DNA of 50,025 nucleotides from a virus. Its lineage: Duplodnaviria > Caudoviricetes. Position numbers and translations under genes: made by a program. The notes below the pieces were generated by a model, which saw nothing but the letters and a program-made list of their open reading frames with translations, was not told where the DNA came from and searched no databases. The DNA lies in IMG/VR virus record IMGVR_UViG_3300031716_000014, positions 1-50,025 of that record. One strand, 5' to 3'. Of the stretch, positions 44,915 through 50,025 are shown piece by piece (position 1 is the first letter of the stretch; each line of letters starts with the position of its first letter).

Positions 44915-45105
44915 CACTGGCAGCACTTACGGCTACACCGTGCCGTACGCGCGTCGTGAAGGCAGAACGGCGAGATGCAGAAGTTGAGCGTCGTCGCCGT
45001 CCCCCGAGCCGTAGCCCGAACCGCCTTCGCCGTGCCCACGGCCGCCTTACCAGCGCCGCGAGCGACCTTCTTCGTCTTGCTGACGGGCTTCTCGTGCTTC
45101 GCCAT
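44914..45105 (-). CDS. Small basic Cys-rich protein
   Basis: RBS gagaggg. Confidence 0.5.
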   Translation of the reverse strand: MAKHEKPVSKTKKVARGAGKAAVGTAKAVRATARGTATTLNFCISPFCLHDARTARCSRKCCQ

Positions 45106-45119
45106 GTCCGTACCCTCTC

Positions 45120-45521
45120 TCACCGAACGGCGAGTTCGCCGCTCATGACCTTGTTCTCACTGATGAACCGGTGTGCGTCCCTGAGCATCGGAAGTTCCTT
45201 CCAGCCCCGGCGTGCGGGCTTGTACATGATCTTGCCGATGTGGAACGTCGTGTGCTCGCAGACCCACGGGACTCGAAGCGTGAAACCAGCCGTATTGTCG
45301 TCGGCCGGACGAACCAGCACGACGGCGACGATCAAGTCACTGTCCACGTTGGTACGAACCGGAAGGCCGTCACTCGCGACACGCCAACCGTGCTCCCTCG
45401 CGAACTCGATCAGCTCGACCGCGTTCTTCGGGTAGGCGGTCCAGCCCTTTTCCGTGAAGATCTCCGTCTTGCCTTCCTTGACGCGCGTCTTGCCGTACGC
45501 GTTCTGTGCCTGAACCGCCAT
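45120..45521 (-). CDS. Hypothetical protein
   Basis: RBS gggaagg. Confidence 0.6.
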   Translation of the reverse strand: MAVQAQNAYGKTRVKEGKTEIFTEKGWTAYPKNAVELIEFAREHGWRVASDGLPVRTNVDSDLIVAVVLVRPADDNTAGFTLRVPWVCEHTTFHIGKIMYKPARRGWKELPMLRDAHRFISENKVMSGELAVR

Positions 45522-45535
45522 GTCCGTACCTTCCC

Positions 45536-45694
45536 TTAGCCGGTCGCCCGACTGTCTCTCTTGCTCGCGTACTTGCTCTTGCGGGTCCCACGTCGGCCGG
45601 AAGCCAGCACCGAAGCACCGGCCTTCCGGCGACGCGAACCGCCCTTACGTCCGGACTGGTGCCAGACGCCGTAAGAGCGATCATGACGTGCCAC
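45536..45694 (-). CDS. Highly basic small protein
   Basis: RBS gggagg + GTG, downstream of promoter 45750. Confidence 0.45.
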   Translation of the reverse strand: MARHDRSYGVWHQSGRKGGSRRRKAGASVLASGRRGTRKSKYASKRDSRATG

Positions 45695-45721
45695 GTGATC
45701 ACCTCCCTTCGCTCTCACTCG

Positions 45722-45750
45722 ATTGTCGCCTAGATGTGACGTGCGGTCAA
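45722..45750 (-). promoter_or_regulatory. Promoter with TTGAC-N5-GTCAC operator
   Basis: Minus strand TTGACC gcacgtcacatctaggc GACAAT. Confidence 0.7.
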
Positions 45751-46193
45751 GCCTTGTCGATCTTGCTGAGATCGTCGTGCGGGGGCTGGCATGAGCAACG
45801 CCAGTCGTACGGCTGACGGTTCTCCCGTGGCTTGCGGTACACCCGGAAGCCGGTGATCTCATCCATGAGCAGACGGCCGCGAGGGTCCTTGTACGCGATG
45901 ATCGGGATCACCCGGCACACCGTGAAATCCTTGTACCGTTCGGCCGACCACAGCGAGATCTCGTACAACCGGTTCCACTCGTCTTCCGAGATGATCCCGT
46001 TGGTCTTCGCCTGAATGATCAGGATCGGGCCGTGTGGGCTGAAGGCCACAAGATCGGCCTTGCTCGATCCCTTCGATCCGGCACCACGGCAGACCGCGTA
46101 TCCAGCCGAGTGCAAGACGTCGCGAATGCGGCGCTCGAAGGCCGTGCCCTTCTGGTACTTCCCGCGAGCCTCACCGGCCGTCATGGTCGTCAT
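45747..46193 (-). CDS. Holliday junction resolvase, archaeal Hjc-type PD-(D/E)XK
   Basis: KGTAFERRIRD.L...GYAV.RGAGS....DLVA....ILIIQAK. Confidence 0.8.
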   Translation of the reverse strand: MTTMTAGEARGKYQKGTAFERRIRDVLHSAGYAVCRGAGSKGSSKADLVAFSPHGPILIIQAKTNGIISEDEWNRLYEISLWSAERYKDFTVCRVIPIIAYKDPRGRLLMDEITGFRVYRKPRENRQPYDWRCSCQPPHDDLSKIDKA

Positions 46194-46570
46194 GACGCTT
46201 CCCCTCGAAGCCACTTGATCGCCTTACGACCGGCGCGAAGCTGGTCGGCTAGATCGTCGTACCGGGTGAAGATCTCGACCAGCTCGACGACCCATGCCGG
46301 GACGCTCGCCGGGTCGTGACTCTCCTGATCGGGAAACCACACCCGGATACCGAAGCCGGGCTGATCTTTGGTCGCGTCCACACGCGGACCCCTGACCTTG
46401 ATCTTGAACACCTTCTCGGGTGCGTCCTTCCCCCATCGCTCGTACGTGATCTCGACGCCTTCCGGCATGATCTCGAAGGCACCCTGACCCTTCACGGGCT
46501 CGGGGATGCCCTCGACGGCGACCGTGACCGTCCGCCGGGCTTCCTCCGTCCATTCACCGATCTTTGGCAT
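46190..46570 (-). CDS. Hypothetical protein
   Basis: RBS ggag, ATGA overlap. Confidence 0.6.
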   Translation of the reverse strand: MPKIGEWTEEARRTVTVAVEGIPEPVKGQGAFEIMPEGVEITYERWGKDAPEKVFKIKVRGPRVDATKDQPGFGIRVWFPDQESHDPASVPAWVVELVEIFTRYDDLADQLRAGRKAIKWLRGEAS

Positions 46571-46589
46571 CTTTGTGACTCCCAGTCTG

Positions 46590-46685
46590 CCCGTACGGGC
46601 CTATCTCGGGTTGGTTGGATAGCTGGTACCGAAGAAGCCCCCGAGTGCCTTAGAAGGGCTCTCAGGGGCTTCTAGGGGCCTACGC
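46590..46685 (-). repeat. Degenerate inverted copy of the dispersed repeat
   Basis: Minus strand gcccctgagagccc...ggtaccagctatccaacc. Confidence 0.5.
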
Positions 46686-46693
46686 CTTTTGGA

Positions 46694-47218
46694 TCATGCC
46701 GCCAGGTCGGGGATCTGGTGCTGACAGTCACACCATGTTCCGCCCCGGCACTGAGCGTGATATTCCTTGATCTTGTCTCGGGTGAGCGTGACCATGGTCG
46801 GCTGATCGGTGATCTTGCCCAGCACCGGAACGAGATCACCGGCCGACTTGCACGGGGGACAGATCATGTCCGTGTTCCCCTCCTTCTCGGCGCGAGTGCG
46901 CCACGCGCGCCGACGCTGGTTCTCCTCCTGTGTGACCAGCTCCATACATGCCGGGTTCAGGCAGAGTGATCGATTGCAGACGTGCTCACGGTGGTACCCG
47001 ATCGGAACTTCCCACGTGCCGTAGAACGCGGCGAAGATCAGCCGGTGTCCCCGGATCGAGGTCTTCAGCTCTGGTACCCATACGGTCGGGTACGGGTCGC
47101 CCTTCCGGCCGCCGCCGCGTGAGACACCGCCGGTCCACATGAAGTGACCGTTGTCGAGCACGCACCGCGCGAAGACGCTTCGGATGATCTGGGACTCGGG
47201 AGTCAGAACGATGATCAT
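46694..47218 (-). CDS. HNH (HNH_3-type) endonuclease in frame with a small Cys-rich ORF
   Basis: WTG..., HRLIF, EHVCNRSLCLNP.CMELVT.EEN; internal RBS aaggaggg before MICPPC. Confidence 0.7.
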   Translation of the reverse strand: MIIVLTPESQIIRSVFARCVLDNGHFMWTGGVSRGGGRKGDPYPTVWVPELKTSIRGHRLIFAAFYGTWEVPIGYHREHVCNRSLCLNPACMELVTQEENQRRRAWRTRAEKEGNTDMICPPCKSAGDLVPVLGKITDQPTMVTLTRDKIKEYHAQCRGGTWCDCQHQIPDLAA

Positions 47219-47348
47219 GAGTGATCTTTCCGGGGAACCGACCCCCGCGTACAGGTTGGCAACCCTGTACGCGGGTCCGGCCGCCCCTTGCCATGGACTT
47301 GCAGCCCTTCCGGGGTATGAGCCCGGCGACTGCCGTTGCCTGATTCTC

Positions 47349-47582
47349 TCACCTGTATGACGACTGGTCAACGGCCTTGCCGTGATCGGGACACTCGGGG
47401 TTGTTGTACTCGACCGTCGTCGGGACCCCGTACGGTCCGCCGTCATGCGTGATGTACCGGCATCCGAACAGGCATGCGCTCGGGTCGTACCGGCACGTCC
47501 ACAACGGGGACAGAACCCAGATCATCCCGAGCACGAACACGCTCAGGAAGGCCATGGTCGCGACCCATTCGCTCGAAGTCAT
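47349..47582 (-). CDS. Small membrane-anchored Cys-rich protein
   Basis: RBS gaggga; N-terminal TM, CPDHG. Confidence 0.55.
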   Translation of the reverse strand: MTSSEWVATMAFLSVFVLGMIWVLSPLWTCRYDPSACLFGCRYITHDGGPYGVPTTVEYNNPECPDHGKAVDQSSYR

Positions 47583-47591
47583 GATCTTCCC

Positions 47592-49328
47592 TCACTTCTC
47601 GTAGACCTGAGCCCAGTTCCTACCGGGCTTGCTACATCCGATCGTGATCGGCACCGACGCGAGTCGGCCGTTCGTGACGTCCGCGAGGTCGAAGGACATC
47701 GCAGCCTTGATCTCCCGAGCGATCTCGACGTGATCGGCTTCGGGGACCGAGAACACGATCTCGTCATGGACCACGGTTCGCAGATACGGCCAGTACTCGA
47801 CCGGAAGCCGAAGCATGCCTTCGGCCATGATGTCGCGCGTGCATCCCTGACCGACCAACGCGGGGGCTTGCGTGTACGCGAAGTCGGGGTTCGCCCGCAT
47901 CATCCGGCCGAAGCCGTTATCCAGAAGATCACCGTCGCCCGCGACCCGTCGTACCTCGTTCTGCCACTCGACGACGTCCGGGTACGTCTCGCGCATCGCT
48001 CGATCGAACTCGATCGCGTGATCACGGGGGACACCGTTCAAGACCTGACGGTTGATCCCCATGCCGTAGTTCCAGCCGTGCCCGATCGGCTTCGCGTCCT
48101 CCCGCCGGGACCGGTCGCCGAAGGCGACGGCCGCGTTCTCGGCGTGAAGATCGAGACCGTCGCGGAAGACCTTCAGGTAACGCTCGTCTCCCGAGTGCGC
48201 CGCGACGGCGCGAGCGTCCACCTGATCAGCGTCGAAGGCGAGAAGAACATGACCTTCTTCGGCCGCGAAGATCCGGCGCTCGACGTACCGGCCGTTCCGC
48301 TTGCCGAAGACCGTCAGCCCCGGACCCGTGACCGACCACCGGCCGGACGCCTGAAGCGGCCGTACCTGAGGGTGAACGCGATCATCGATCCGGCACGTCT
48401 CGGCAGTCTGGTACACCGTGCGCTCGCCGGTGATCGACACCATGAGTTCGATCACACGAAGGATCTTCGAGATGTCCCGTCCACCGGCCTTGCTGATCAG
48501 CATGTCGCGGAAGGCCGCCATGTCCTCACGGCCGGTCGCGAGCTTGCCGGTCTTACCCGTCCGGGGGAGAGCCTTCGGCTTCAGACCTTGATCGATAAAG
48601 AACGCCTCGATCGCGGCCTTGCCCGCGTCGCTGGCAAGCGGTGACTTGCCCGTGACCGGCATGCCGGTGATCCGGGACAACTCAGCCACGTTCGCGGCCT
48701 TCCGCTTCGCCTGATCGACCAGCGCTCGACCGAGTTCCGGCACGTCCACCCGGAAGCCATTGACGGTCATCTGAGCCGTCATGAGCCCGACGTTCATCTC
48801 TCGCCGCGCGTAGTCGTCGAGCGGTCCGAGATGGTTCGCGAGAGCGGCCGTCGCGTACAGGTCGCCTTCGAGGTAGCTCAGGTACTCGGGATGATCGAGA
48901 GGGATCTGATCGAAGCCCCCGAGCCGTCGAGCGAGCGCCTTCAGGTTGTCGGTCTTGTGCGGCAACTCGTACCGCATGCATGCCTGATCGAGACCGTAGT
49001 AACCACGCGGGTACATGGCGTTGCCGTCCTTGCCGGACGGTGGCGGATCTACCAGCCGAAGCCGAAGGTCCGTGTCGTACGTCCGGTTCCGCATGGCAGG
49101 CAGTGACAGACCGGCGTGACGCGCGAGCGCCACAAGATCGAACGCGCTGATGTTGTGCCCGATCGCGGGTTCGGCCGCCATGAGTCGCCGAGTCGTCTCG
49201 GCATGGTCGGTAGTGATGACCGGCTTGCCGCCGGACGGGTACAGGCCGTCGATCCGAAGGAAGTCGTCCCGGCGGAACAACTCGTCAGATGCGGCCGTCT
49301 CAAGATCGAAGACGACGCCGTTGATCAT
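47592..49328 (-). CDS. DNA polymerase family A (3'-5' exonuclease + polymerase)
   Basis: FDLET, GHNI.AFD, YLEGD, SGRWS, D.DQVDAR, R..AK.IGHGWNYG, VHDEI. Confidence 0.92.
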   Translation of the reverse strand: MINGVVFDLETAASDELFRRDDFLRIDGLYPSGGKPVITTDHAETTRRLMAAEPAIGHNISAFDLVALARHAGLSLPAMRNRTYDTDLRLRLVDPPPSGKDGNAMYPRGYYGLDQACMRYELPHKTDNLKALARRLGGFDQIPLDHPEYLSYLEGDLYATAALANHLGPLDDYARREMNVGLMTAQMTVNGFRVDVPELGRALVDQAKRKAANVAELSRITGMPVTGKSPLASDAGKAAIEAFFIDQGLKPKALPRTGKTGKLATGREDMAAFRDMLISKAGGRDISKILRVIELMVSITGERTVYQTAETCRIDDRVHPQVRPLQASGRWSVTGPGLTVFGKRNGRYVERRIFAAEEGHVLLAFDADQVDARAVAAHSGDERYLKVFRDGLDLHAENAAVAFGDRSRREDAKPIGHGWNYGMGINRQVLNGVPRDHAIEFDRAMRETYPDVVEWQNEVRRVAGDGDLLDNGFGRMMRANPDFAYTQAPALVGQGCTRDIMAEGMLRLPVEYWPYLRTVVHDEIVFSVPEADHVEIAREIKAAMSFDLADVTNGRLASVPITIGCSKPGRNWAQVYEK

Positions 49329-49422
49329 GAATGATCTTCCTCTCTGAGTGCGTAGCTATGACTATACGTCATGGTGAACCGGTCGGCGAGTCCCCGAGTT
49401 CCACAGTCAGGGCAACGCCGGT

Positions 49423-49584
49423 GATCATGGGGAGGGGGTTTGGGGGTTTCAAACCCCCTTTTTCAACCGGTCCCCCCGTATGTGATGTCATTTACATGAT
49501 CACGTATATATGATCTTGATGTTTACATCACATAGAACGTCATGGGTATGAAAAGGGGGTTTTGAAACCCCCTCCCCAAGATCT
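49423..49584. other. Candidate replication origin: AT-rich core flanked by long inverted repeats
   Basis: ggggagggggttt..tttcaaaccccctttt / aaaagggggtttttgaaaccccctcccc around tgtgatgtcatttacatgatcacgtatatatgatcttgatgtttacatcaca. Confidence 0.5.
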
Positions 49585-49593
49585 CTCCAGCCT

Positions 49594-50025
49594 TCAGGCG
49601 AACCGGTCAATCCGGTAGATATCCCCCTTCTTAGCGTCTGCCTTCACGTGCTGGAAGGCGAGATCCCCGACGTAGCGACCGGCGCGGTTTTTGATCCACC
49701 GGCCGAGTGACTTCGAGAACCCCGCCGGACTGCCGAGACCGGTCTTGCTCCACTTGTCCGCGAGTTCCCCCGGCAGGCTTCCGGGATCGATCTTGTCCGA
49801 CACGGCCGCCTGAAGCCCTTCGTCCTCGATCGTGAACGGCGAGTCGTCGCCGTCTCCCGCCGAGTCCTTCAGCCGTGCCGTGATGTCCCGCACCCGGAAG
49901 GGCTCGCTTCCGAAGGTCCGGTACACAGCGCTGACGAAGTCCCCCCATTCGCGATCATCATCGCTCTCGACCTTCTGAACGTCCTTGAAGCCGAACTGTC
50001 CTGAGAATCCAGCCCAGTTCAAGAG
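49594..50025 (-). CDS. C-terminal part of the prim-pol/helicase gene
   Basis: In frame with 2395-1 through the terminal overlap. Confidence 0.8.
   Translation of the reverse strand, partial: LLNWAGFSGQFGFKDVQKVESDDDREWGDFVSAVYRTFGSEPFRVRDITARLKDSAGDGDDSPFTIEDEGLQAAVSDKIDPGSLPGELADKWSKTGLGSPAGFSKSLGRWIKNRAGRYVGDLAFQHVKADAKKGDIYRIDRFA
49881..50025. repeat. Terminal direct repeat / circular overlap, copy 2
   Basis: Matches 1-145 with one mismatch. Confidence 0.95.

Noticed and set aside
47290-47345. Complete tRNA-Met gene
   Set aside because: Only an anticodon-like arm; no recognisable T-loop (GTTCRA), D arm or acceptor stem
9385-48644. Long opposite-strand ORFs (9385..11019, 14498..15655, 26549..28552, 33668..35392, 47382..48644)
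   Set aside because: High-GC shadow frames of genes with clear motifs; no RBS or domain signal

Overview
The window is an essentially complete ~49.9 kb circular or circularly permuted genome of a high-GC tailed (siphovirus-type) phage, probably of a filamentous actinomycete. Bases 1-145 are repeated at 49881-50025. It holds a replication arm (prim-pol/helicase, SF2 helicase, PD-(D/E)XK exonuclease, SSB-like protein, family A DNA polymerase, Hjc-type resolvase), a promoter- and terminator-punctuated accessory arm (7.7-20.1 kb), and a minus-strand virion/lysis operon (39.4-20.2 kb). No integrase or ParAB was recognised. The most striking feature is an apparent Streptomyces-type conjugation/spreading module inside the phage: an FtsK-like TraB with C-terminal wHTH, a DUF2637/Spd-like membrane-HTH protein and a small membrane protein. 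Dense GTAC palindrome islands written into coding DNA lie beside it. Other notable signals are a genome-wide TTGAC-N5-GTCAC promoter/operator, a dispersed ~150-bp intergenic repeat, and a virion-glycosylation set with a kinase-methyltransferase fusion. All calls come from motif recognition by eye; no database searches were run.
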